34,897 nucleotides of DNA from Candidatus Woesearchaeota archaeon. Its GTDB lineage: Archaea; Nanobdellota; Nanobdellia; SCGC-AAA011-G17; JACPIM01. The notes below the pieces were generated by a model that had not been told where the DNA came from, made no database searches, and was given only the letters and a program-made list of their open reading frames with translations. Below are positions 26,320-34,017 of the stretch, one piece after another; position 1 is the stretch's first letter, and every line of letters starts with the position of its first letter. Location: assembly GCA_964513145.1 (NCBI GenBank), contig CAZELK010000009.1, positions 1 through 34,897 on the forward strand, read 5' to 3'. A program made the position numbers and the translations under genes.

Positions 26320-26468
26320 ATATCTAATTTTTTGAATTTAACTCCTTTCTTAAGATTTTCTTCGCTTTCTCTAATTTGATCCATTAATTCTTCATCTTGA
26401 AGAATTTCAATAGTTTCTTTCATACCTTCATATTCCTTTCTTGAAATTACAATTACGTCCTGTTTCAT
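26316..26468 (-). CDS. Minimal YefM/Phd-like antitoxin (50 aa), not in the ORF track
   Basis: MKQDVIVISRKEYEGMKETIEILQDEELMDQIRESEENLKKGVKFKKLDI*; matches the YefM C-terminal pattern. Its stop overlaps the toxin stop. Confidence 0.75.
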   Translation of the reverse strand: MKQDVIVISRKEYEGMKETIEILQDEELMDQIRESEENLKKGVKFKKLDI

Positions 26469-26511
26469 ATGTAATTAACAGATTTTAAAGTTTTTAAGAG
26501 TTTTGGTCTGC

Positions 26512-26563
26512 TTTAAACAAAATGGAACTACGCAATATGAATAACACCGCGACTCGAAGTTTC
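26512..26563. repeat. att-like duplicate of the tRNA-Ser 3' end plus trailer
   Basis: 48/52 nt identical to 27325-27376; the core 26519-26556 matches 27332-27369 at 37/38 nt. Confidence 0.85.
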
Positions 26564-26657
26564 CTATCATGTCGAGTAACTGGGATTTTAGTATGTAAAA
26601 GTTCTGAACTTAGAAATTCAATAAGATATATAAATAATTGTAATTTATTTTTTATTA

Positions 26658-26921
26658 ATGTATGAAATAGTAACTAAAAGTAGGAAAGCTGAAAAGCAAT
26701 ATTATGAAGCTCTTCAATCAAATTCAACCATATCAGAAAAATTAGAAAAACTAAAAGAAAATCCAAGAGATTGTTTAGATGCTCATAAATTAAAAGGAAA
26801 ATTAGCTGGTTTGTGGAGTTGTTGGTTAGGCTCTGATCTAAGAATAGTTTACAGAATTAATGATGAAACAAAAGAAATTATAGTTTTTTCAGTAGGAACT
26901 CATAAAGAAGTTTATAGATGA
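26658..26921 (+). CDS. RelE/YoeB-family toxin (intact)
   Basis: LKENP...AHKLKGKLAGLWSCWLGSDLRIVYRI...IIVFSVGTHKEVY. Confidence 0.85.
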   Translation: MYEIVTKSRKAEKQYYEALQSNSTISEKLEKLKENPRDCLDAHKLKGKLAGLWSCWLGSDLRIVYRINDETKEIIVFSVGTHKEVYR

Positions 26922-27082
26922 GTTTTAAGTTTCCAGCTCTTCACTCCCTTTTTTTCAGCTTCTTTACTTTCTTTTATAGCTTCCATCATTTCTGGATCTC
27001 TAAGTATACCGACTTCTTCTAAAAGTTCTTCATATTCTTTTTTTGGTATTCTAACCATTTCTTGCATTTCTTGTTTTGCCAT
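26912..27082 (-). CDS. Minimal YefM/Phd-like antitoxin (56 aa), not in the ORF track
   Basis: MAKQEMQEMVRIPKKEYEELLEEVGILRDPEMMEAIKESKEAEKKGVKSWKLKTHL*; overlaps the toxin 3' end by 10 nt. Its upstream region resembles that of 26316-26468. Confidence 0.75.
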   Translation of the reverse strand: MAKQEMQEMVRIPKKEYEELLEEVGILRDPEMMEAIKESKEAEKKGVKSWKLKTHL

Positions 27083-27371
27083 AAGTTTATATAGATTTCA
27101 ACATTTTTAACCTTTTTGGTCAAATTTTAAGAAATTACTTTGTTGTTATAATATCTTCTAAATTTACGGAAAATTCTTCTTATTTGTTTAAACCCAGTTC
27201 CTTCATTAATTTTATTTGTTCTAGTTCTGTCATTCTTATTTCTGGCTTTTCATCTTCTATATAATGATCAATCTATTCTTTTTTTAATTTCTGAACCATA
27301 CAATATGCATAGTTCTGCTTACTATTTAAATAAAATGGAACTACGCAATATGAATAACGCCGCGACTCGGA

Positions 27372-27420
27372 CTTTCAATAACTTTTAACGTTTTTGATAA
27401 AACTTTTTTTAAAAGTTTTC
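27372..27420 (-). other. tRNA intron 3 (49 nt, T-loop 59/60)
   Basis: Central helix TTCA/TGAA and bulges AA|G and AG|T; contains an AAAACTTTT-AAA-AAAAGTTTT hairpin. Confidence 0.88.
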
Positions 27421-27451
27421 TTTGAACCGAGAGGCCTTGTTAGGCCTGGCT

Positions 27452-27493
27452 TCCTTGAATATTATTTTTGCTTAAGCTTTTTCTAAAAGCTTA
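27452..27493 (-). other. tRNA intron 2 (42 nt, canonical 37/38)
   Basis: Central helix CTTG/CAAG and bulges AG|T and GA|A; contains a TAAGCTTTT-AGA-AAAAGCTTA hairpin. Confidence 0.9.
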
Positions 27494-27510
27494 CTCAAGG
27501 CCAGTGCAAT

Positions 27511-27560
27511 CTCCTGTAAAATTTTTAGTTTTTTGCTTAAGCTTTTTCTAAAAAGCTTAT
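27511..27560 (-). other. tRNA intron 1 (50 nt, D-loop 20/21)
   Basis: BHB with central helix CCTG/CAGG and bulges GT|A and AG|A; contains a TAAGCTTTTT-AG-AAAAAGCTTA hairpin. Confidence 0.88.
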
Positions 27561-27605
27561 ACCAGGTTATGCGATCGCGGCATTAATAAAAAAGAAGTTC
27601 TTCAA

Positions 27606-27613
27606 TTTATAAA
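27606..27613 (-). promoter_or_regulatory. TATA box of the tRNA-Ser gene
   Basis: TTTATAAA 25-32 nt upstream of the tRNA 5' G, with an A-rich BRE-like segment upstream. Confidence 0.7.
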
Positions 27614-27614
27614 C

Positions 27615-28772
27615 TTAATTTTTTAAGTATTTATCAAAAAATTCATAAGCTTGTTCGTGATACTTGGTAGGAAAAGCGTGTGATGCATTTGGTATAAATA
27701 AAGAAACAAAATTAGATTCATTATCTAGTCTTGAATATAACTCATTTAATGGTTTGAGCTGTGTTTCAGTTTCTTCTTTTGGAAAAATCGGGTCATTTTC
27801 AGAGTAAATAACCATTAAAGGTCTTGGTGAAATTAAAGCCAATATGCCGTTTGTTTTAACATATTTTGCTACTCCAGGTAATAAAGTTAACCAAGTATTA
27901 AAAATTCCAGTAGTATAATTCGGTCTCTGGTTAGCTACAGCATTTGATATTACTGTCGCTTTGATTCTGTCATCAAGAGCAGCCAAATACATGCATCTTG
28001 TTCCGCCAAAAGAATGTCCTATGCATCCGATTTTGTTTTTGTCAATATTTTTTAATGAATATAAATAATTCAATGCTGACAAGTCTCCCTGAAATGTAAG
28101 TCCTAAAGGAGAATGCCCGTAAACAAGCACTGCACGTACACTAAAATCTTCTAAAACTTCAGGAGAGTTTTCTGAGATTGTTGCCTTGTTCTCACCAAAT
28201 AAAGGAGCATCTATTGCTAAAACAACATATCCTCTTTCAGCAAGTTCTTTTCCATAAAATAAATCTTTGTTTCCAGCATTGCCAGCAACTTCATCTTTGC
28301 CATATTCATAAAAACCGTCATGCTGGTGCATTGCCAAAATTGCTGGTGATGGAAATGTAATGTTTTTCGGCACAAGCAAATAAGCATAAGAACGCGTTGC
28401 ACTTGAAGTATATATTTCGATCTTTTTTTGTATATATTTTCCCATGTCAACCTGGTTTATTGCATCTCTTTCTGGACTTTCTGGTGATGTAAAGGGAATA
28501 TTCATGAGCTCAGTTATTTTATCTCTTACTTTTTCATCATATTTTTCTTTGTCATCTTTGTTTCTTATTTCTTCAATATTAAATAAAGGTTTTTTGTTTT
28601 TATAAGCTTCAACTACTGCTGGAAAGATATTATAACGGTTATTGTTTTCATTAATAATAACCTTCTCTAATTGCGCTGGCTCAAATTTATCTGTATTCTT
28701 TGTATTATTTATAAATAAATATAAAAAGAAAAATAATAAAACAACAAGTACTAAATAAAAAATTTTCTTCAT
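27615..28772 (-). CDS. Membrane-anchored alpha/beta hydrolase (dienelactone hydrolase/acetyl-esterase-like)
   Basis: N-terminal TM; GHSFGG nucleophile elbow, END and SHAF triad positions. ATG 28772 has a TTTATAAA box 23-30 nt upstream. Confidence 0.85.
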   Translation of the reverse strand: MKKIFYLVLVVLLFFFLYLFINNTKNTDKFEPAQLEKVIINENNNRYNIFPAVVEAYKNKKPLFNIEEIRNKDDKEKYDEKVRDKITELMNIPFTSPESPERDAINQVDMGKYIQKKIEIYTSSATRSYAYLLVPKNITFPSPAILAMHQHDGFYEYGKDEVAGNAGNKDLFYGKELAERGYVVLAIDAPLFGENKATISENSPEVLEDFSVRAVLVYGHSPLGLTFQGDLSALNYLYSLKNIDKNKIGCIGHSFGGTRCMYLAALDDRIKATVISNAVANQRPNYTTGIFNTWLTLLPGVAKYVKTNGILALISPRPLMVIYSENDPIFPKEETETQLKPLNELYSRLDNESNFVSLFIPNASHAFPTKYHEQAYEFFDKYLKN

Positions 28773-28808
28773 AAAACTAAAATCCAAAGTGAATTTATAA
28801 AGTTTTTT

Positions 28809-28858
28809 AAAATAAAAAATAAAACAAATAAATAAAAGAAAAAAAGAGTTTTTAACTC
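28809..28858 (-). terminator. Short hairpin plus long U-tract downstream of the S-layer gene
   Basis: GAGTT-AAA-AACTC followed by TTTTTTTCTTTTATTTATTTGTTTTATTTTTT on the minus strand. Confidence 0.6.
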
Positions 28859-28870
28859 AATTTTTAATAG

Positions 28871-28897
28871 TTTTGATAAAACTTTTAAAAAGTTTTA
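28871..28897. repeat. Single palindromic mini-repeat unit overlapping the S-layer stop codon
   Basis: TTTTGATAAAACTTTTAAAAAGTTTTA; nearly identical to the unit in tRNA intron 3 (27391-27419). Confidence 0.8.
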
Positions 28898-31219
28898 TGC
28901 ACTTCTGCTCTTCACAGATGGCGAGCTTACAGTACCAGTTAAAGTTACTTGAGCACCACTTAATTTGTAGTCCTCAAAGTCACTGAATACTTTGGTTGCC
29001 ATTCTTGTATCAGCAGCATCTGTACCAGCTATTAACAATGCAACTTTATCGCCATTGCTTGCTAGTTTAAGCATTGCTTCACCTGGAGCTAATGGCCATT
29101 CGCCGCATTTAACACCTAAAGCTGATACCCTTTCAACTAAAGGATCTGCACAAGGTCCGCCAACTAAGATTAAGCTAAATGCTGTTGGATCACTTACTTC
29201 TGTATCTTTCAATGTGTTAACAGTTATCTTTGCTGGAATATAAGTTACTCCACCACCTGATACTGTTGCAGCTGATCCCTTGACAACTACATTAGCTTGT
29301 ACTTGGTCACCAGGTATTTCTAAAACTACTTTGTCTGAAGCACCATTGCTCTTAGGGTCTCTTACTATAATACCATATTTTGTTCTGTGGTCTTCATCTT
29401 TAGTACCTAATTGTGTAAAAGATAAAGAACCATTTTTCTGCCAGTGTAATTCTCCAGCTTCTTCTTTTGAAGCAGTTGCTCCTAAAGAAGACCAGTTACC
29501 ACTAGCTACTGTAAAGTTCATCATTAAGTCATCTGTAGTTGCATCCAATTCAGTAGATGAATCTCCCCTAGTCCAGACATGTAGTGTGTAGTTAGATAAG
29601 GAAGTTCCTAATGTAAATGGAGCTTCATCATTACCACTAGCACCTGTACTAAAATTAAATCTTACATTATTGTCTTTAGTTCCCAGGAAATTCATTCTCA
29701 AAAACTGGGCTCTGCTTGTATTGGAAATATTCAATGCTCCCAAATATTTTACATTAGGGTTTGCATTAACATCTCTGTAGAATATATCTAATTCTCTGGC
29801 TACTGCCCCTACAGTTCCGCCAGATGTTCCAGTACTTGCAACAGCTAACCATACTTCACTTGTCTTAATATCATTGTTATTTAAAGTTCCATTTGAATTT
29901 ACTTGTGGTAAAGTTCCTGGAATAACAAATCTTTCATCACCAGGTGCATGTATATAAATTGCACTTGTACTTGAGCCAGCTCTTGCTAATTTTGATTTTG
30001 CTGTATCTGCACTGCTTTGGTATTCAATTGTAACTGTCAAATAATCTGTATCAGGTACAGTTAAGCTGTCAAAGCATATTTCAGCATAATTATTAGGCAA
30101 TGTATAACATTCACCTAAGCCAGCTGGGTTGTCTGTGTTGTCATCTTTTATAAAGTCATTTTGAATACCTATAAATGGACCTGTTGGATCACTTTCACCA
30201 CTTGAAATAGTGGTTGAAGCCAAAGCCCCTAAATTACCTAATTTCCATGTCCAGTCTGGGTTATTCTTGTTCTGACCTACATAAGCATCTCCATCAGCAA
30301 AAGTATCTTGTGCATTCTTTCCTACAATTAAAGAAGCTGATCTTTCTGATTTTGATGTTGCATAGAATGTATTATCATTCTTTACTTCAATGCCATTTAC
30401 AATTTTGCTTGAATCTGATGCAATAGTATCAACTTTTCCATCAACATCAACCAAAATAGCACCACTGCTGCCTACATTTTGTAAAGTAACTTTCTTGCCT
30501 TCAACTGTTACTACATCTCCTACTTTCATAAAGTATTCTGTTCCAACAGTTGCAGTAAATTTGGTTTGGCTTGTGTCTACGCTTGTAACTTTTAAGGTCT
30601 TGCCTAAAAATTTAATTTCCAAAGGTTCTGAAGCAGTTGCTTTAGAAACATTTAATTGGTCATCAAATACATAATAATATTTAATAGCACCCTTTGCTGT
30701 TTCTAAATATACATTGCTTTCATAATCATCATCTGAACTAGTTAAACTAGTTTCTATAGATGGTGAAGTTTTAAGCAAAACTAATTCATCATGTGTATCA
30801 ACATCTTCATCTACAAAATTTATTGACCCTTTAAAAAAACTATTAATATCTGTTTTTTCCAAAGAATAATCTAAAGCTACTGATGTCGAGTTTGCTATAC
30901 CTAAATCAATAGGAACATCTTCAGTAACTCCACCAGTTACAGTAACTGCTCCTGCAGAACTTACTGGGGTTTTAGATAAAAATTGCAATTTTGCTGTTAC
31001 ATCCCCTACACCTAATATATCTGAAACGTCTGCTTTACTTCCAACAACAAGAGCCGTGTCTTGACTGAATACACCCTCTTTCGAAACAAATGGCTGTGGA
31101 AGATTAGCCAAATCTAAACTTGCTGCTTGTGCGACCGCACCTGTGACTGTTGCTCCTAACATCGCAACACCAACACCTAAAGCAGCCACTCTTCTAATGG
31201 CTTGTTTTAGTCTTTGCAT
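28895..31219 (-). CDS. S-layer protein (Methanococcus-type S_layer_N/S_layer_C architecture)
   Basis: ATG 31219 with GGAGGTG RBS; signal RRVAALGVGVAMLGAT; PQPFV...LVVGSKA..SD; C-terminal LILVGGP..DPL...LLIAGTD..DTR; many sequons. Confidence 0.9.
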   Translation of the reverse strand: MQRLKQAIRRVAALGVGVAMLGATVTGAVAQAASLDLANLPQPFVSKEGVFSQDTALVVGSKADVSDILGVGDVTAKLQFLSKTPVSSAGAVTVTGGVTEDVPIDLGIANSTSVALDYSLEKTDINSFFKGSINFVDEDVDTHDELVLLKTSPSIETSLTSSDDDYESNVYLETAKGAIKYYYVFDDQLNVSKATASEPLEIKFLGKTLKVTSVDTSQTKFTATVGTEYFMKVGDVVTVEGKKVTLQNVGSSGAILVDVDGKVDTIASDSSKIVNGIEVKNDNTFYATSKSERSASLIVGKNAQDTFADGDAYVGQNKNNPDWTWKLGNLGALASTTISSGESDPTGPFIGIQNDFIKDDNTDNPAGLGECYTLPNNYAEICFDSLTVPDTDYLTVTIEYQSSADTAKSKLARAGSSTSAIYIHAPGDERFVIPGTLPQVNSNGTLNNNDIKTSEVWLAVASTGTSGGTVGAVARELDIFYRDVNANPNVKYLGALNISNTSRAQFLRMNFLGTKDNNVRFNFSTGASGNDEAPFTLGTSLSNYTLHVWTRGDSSTELDATTDDLMMNFTVASGNWSSLGATASKEEAGELHWQKNGSLSFTQLGTKDEDHRTKYGIIVRDPKSNGASDKVVLEIPGDQVQANVVVKGSAATVSGGGVTYIPAKITVNTLKDTEVSDPTAFSLILVGGPCADPLVERVSALGVKCGEWPLAPGEAMLKLASNGDKVALLIAGTDAADTRMATKVFSDFEDYKLSGAQVTLTGTVSSPSVKSRSA

Positions 31220-31334
31220 TAATAAACACCTCCGTGTCAACTCAATATATTTTATTAATATTTCAATAATCTTTTTTAGCGAAACTTTTCAAGTCTCTTA
31301 GATTATTTTAATTATAGAATTTTAAGTTATTATT

Positions 31335-31344
31335 TATTTATAAA
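31335..31344 (-). promoter_or_regulatory. Probable S-layer TATA box (long leader)
   Basis: TTTATAAATA about 120 nt upstream of the start codon. Confidence 0.45.
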
Positions 31345-31465
31345 CATTTATACACTCTAGAAGATATATTTTAGTAAAATCCTTAAAATACAGGGCTTAT
31401 GAACCTAATGCATAAAGAATTTAATGTTTAAACAAAAAAATAATATTACTACTAATAAATAATAA

Positions 31466-31903
31466 TTAACATAACTTAATCATTGCAACAAAAGTTATAG
31501 TTTCTTTTTTAAACCTGTATGGGCTGCTTTGAATGCCTTTCGAACATTTTCCTTCTTTAAAAAATTCAAAGGAATCTGTGCTTAATTTAAATTCAAAATT
31601 TTTATTTCCAGAACTTAATGTAATAATTTTATTCAATTCTTTTGTTAATTTCATGCAGCTGATTTCTTGGGAAACTCCTTTTTTTACTCCAGTATAGCAT
31701 TCATAAATTAAATCCTTTACATCAATCTTGCTTTTTTCTTTAATAATCGCATTCAAAAGATTATTGGCAATCAAACTTGATCTTATATCATCCTTAGTAT
31801 CATCAGTATTAAAACTAAACCTTAAGGCAACTACTAAAATTATGACTAATAAAACTACCAATACTGCTAGTCCTATTATTTCAACCTGTCCTTTTTTGTT
31901 CAT
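31466..31903 (-). CDS. Type IV pilin-like protein (class III signal peptide)
   Basis: MNKKG|QVEIIGLAVLVVLLVIILVVAL. Confidence 0.75.
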   Translation of the reverse strand: MNKKGQVEIIGLAVLVVLLVIILVVALRFSFNTDDTKDDIRSSLIANNLLNAIIKEKSKIDVKDLIYECYTGVKKGVSQEISCMKLTKELNKIITLSSGNKNFEFKLSTDSFEFFKEGKCSKGIQSSPYRFKKETITFVAMIKLC

Positions 31904-32160
31904 AAATATAGCATTCTCCAAAAATTTGATAATTCAACCCAAAACAAATTAGTAACACCGTATTTTCTTTTATATTCTTCAGGAATTTTATCTTTAGCAA
32001 TTGGCTCACCATAATGTGGATTTGCTTTGATTAATTCTTTTTTCTTATCAATTGAGTTAAGGATACTTCTTTCAATTTTAGAGTCAACTGCAAGAGTATT
32101 CAATTCTTTGTACGCTTCTTCAGCCTCAAAAGAAAGAACAACTTTAACAATTTTATTCAT
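31900..32160 (-). pseudogene. C-terminally truncated RelE-like toxin
   Basis: NPHYGEPI...LFWVELSNFWRMLY stops at the R-x-x-Y strand and lacks the final strands and the H..Y motif seen in 26658-26921. Confidence 0.6.
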
Positions 32161-32429
32161 AATTCAAGACCCTTGGTAATTGCATTTCTCATACTTATAT
32201 TTGTATTATGAATCCATGAAATTCCTTTTAACGATACTACAATTTTATTGCTTTGTTCAAGATATTCAAGAATGATCATTAATGTATTGTGGTTAACTTG
32301 TTTTGGTAGTTTTCTTTTTAGTTCAGCAATTGTAATTATACTTTCATTAATATTTTTAAGAGCATTTTCTACCATAAGAACAGTATTCAATGTTGGGGAA
32401 TGTTCTAATACTTCCATTTTAGTCACCAT
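32157..32429 (-). CDS. Winged-HTH-like putative antitoxin/regulator
   Basis: PTLNTVLMVE...ITIAELKRKLPKQVNHNTL..ILEYLEQSNKI...GISW; ATGA overlap with the toxin-like gene. Confidence 0.6.
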   Translation of the reverse strand: MVTKMEVLEHSPTLNTVLMVENALKNINESIITIAELKRKLPKQVNHNTLMIILEYLEQSNKIVVSLKGISWIHNTNISMRNAITKGLEL

Positions 32430-32482
32430 TTGTTATTAAATAATACCTATTAAGTATTAACTTATATATAAATATTTCCAAT

Positions 32483-33019
32483 TTAATCTGCACCTTGTAT
32501 TTTTAATAACCCAATCCTGAATTCATTTAAGTTGGCAAAATACAAAGAAACTGGCAAACTTACACTATATGTTGCTTCTTTTTTGTCTAAAGCATCATAA
32601 ACTATAATAAAACCACAATTTTCTGGAAAAGAAACTTGTTGAAGCTTATCCAAAGTGCATTCTGTATTTTTAGCTTCATTTTTTACTTCTGGATAAATAA
32701 ATTGAATAATAATTTTTTTAGTTTTGAATTTATTTAAATAATAAGCCTTATTTTCCTTCATTATTTCTTTTAAAGCAAATAACTTAATCACATCCAGGCA
32801 ATCATCATTTTCGCATTTTGTCTCAGGAAGATACCCAAAAGAATGAAGTAAAATTAAATTGTCAGTGTCTGTTATTTGGTTTCCTAAACTATCCAAACCC
32901 CTTGCAAAAAATTTATAATAAGCAAATATGCCTCCGACAATTAAAAATATAATTATCAATAAAACAAGCAAGGTTTCTCCTATTTCAACCTGTCCTTTTT
33001 TATAAAATATATCTTTCAT
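32483..33019 (-). CDS. Type IV pilin-like protein (class III signal peptide)
   Basis: KKG|QVEIGETLLVLLIIIFLIVGGIF; Cys pairs in the globular part. Confidence 0.75.
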   Translation of the reverse strand: MKDIFYKKGQVEIGETLLVLLIIIFLIVGGIFAYYKFFARGLDSLGNQITDTDNLILLHSFGYLPETKCENDDCLDVIKLFALKEIMKENKAYYLNKFKTKKIIIQFIYPEVKNEAKNTECTLDKLQQVSFPENCGFIIVYDALDKKEATYSVSLPVSLYFANLNEFRIGLLKIQGAD

Positions 33020-33021
33020 AG

Positions 33022-33115
33022 TTTTTCCGTGAACGCTTTTTCACAAAAAAGGGTTCTTTGGTTAAGCTTTTTCTTAAAATTAGTTTTTCCATTAAAGCTT
33101 TTTTCAAAAGGTTTA
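33022..33115. repeat. Cluster of 3 palindromic mini-repeat units filling an intra-operon gap
   Basis: Begins at the TAA of 33113-33982 and ends ~2 nt before ATG 33019; 50/51 nt identical to 7113-7163. Confidence 0.85.
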
Positions 33116-33982
33116 GAAGACATTTACACACCCATCTCTTTTAATTTGTTCATTTTGTTGATTAAGCACGCCTTTATATTTCAAAGGGTCATTTTTAAAG
33201 AAATTAAATGTTTTTTCAAGTTCACTATATTGGGTATTGCACCTTGAGTTTGCCTTAAGTAAAGATGCCTTCTTTTTGTAAATATCAGACATTAATTCTA
33301 ATCTTTGTAAAGTCTTGTTTTTTAAGCATTTATACCCTTCGTAGTCAGTAAATAAAGCCCCGAATAACATGCTTTCATCATAAAATTCCTCTTGTTTTTT
33401 CTCTGGATAAAAAGTTACTAAATTTTTTCCAGCATCTACAACTAAAACCCTGTTTTCTTTGTAAGTATTAAAGTAATTGGAATTTGTAAAATCAATTATA
33501 ACATCATTTTTGTTTACCTGATTTAAGCTGTTAAATTTCCTAAATTTATCAGGCATGTCAAAGAAAAAACTGTCGCTCCCTAAAATAAAAAACCTTTTCT
33601 CAACATTTTCTGCATAATATATATTGTCTATTTTAAAAGGAAAAACCCATGCCTTTGTCCATAAATTAAATTCATTGCTGAAATTGCCCCTTGCATAAAT
33701 TAAATTTTTTGTATCCTTTTTTAAGCCCTTATAAAAAACATTTCCGCATTTAAATTCAAAAACAACATCATTAGGTAATTTTACAACCTTATTTGAGGAA
33801 AGCCCTACAGAAAGTGAATCAATCTGGTTGTTTATATTGTCTACAATCTCATTAACTCCTATTTCATTAAATAAATCAATCTGCTTCCATGAAAAATAAA
33901 TAAAGAATAATAATAAAATGCTTCCAGCAACAGCAACAAATATCCAATTAAATGTTATTTCAACCCCTTTTTTATTCATCAA
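33113..33982 (-). CDS. Type IV pilin-like protein (class III signal peptide)
   Basis: MMNKKG|VEITFNWIFVAVAGSILLLFF. Confidence 0.75.
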   Translation of the reverse strand: MMNKKGVEITFNWIFVAVAGSILLLFFIYFSWKQIDLFNEIGVNEIVDNINNQIDSLSVGLSSNKVVKLPNDVVFEFKCGNVFYKGLKKDTKNLIYARGNFSNEFNLWTKAWVFPFKIDNIYYAENVEKRFFILGSDSFFFDMPDKFRKFNSLNQVNKNDVIIDFTNSNYFNTYKENRVLVVDAGKNLVTFYPEKKQEEFYDESMLFGALFTDYEGYKCLKNKTLQRLELMSDIYKKKASLLKANSRCNTQYSELEKTFNFFKNDPLKYKGVLNQQNEQIKRDGCVNVF

Positions 33983-34017
33983 AATCCAGTATAAAACTAG
34001 CTATAAATATTTTTGCC

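Larger units (their letters stand above)
27358..27581 (-). tRNA. tRNA-Ser(UGA) with three BHB introns (positions 20/21, 37/38, 59/60)
   Basis: Exons 27581-27561, 27510-27494, 27451-27421 and 27371-27358 join into an 83-nt cloverleaf: GCCGCGA/TCGCGGC acceptor stem, CTGGC/GCCAG anticodon stem, CT-TGA-GA loop, GCCT-AACA-AGGC long variable arm, CTCGG-TTCAAAT-CCGAG T arm, G73; CCA not encoded. Confidence 0.93.

Noticed and set aside
27130-27324. Possible integrase remnant next to the tRNA
   Set aside because: Only a short minus-strand peptide with an internal TAG (…KKE*IDHYIEDEKPEIRM…). No tyrosine-recombinase motif is recognisable.
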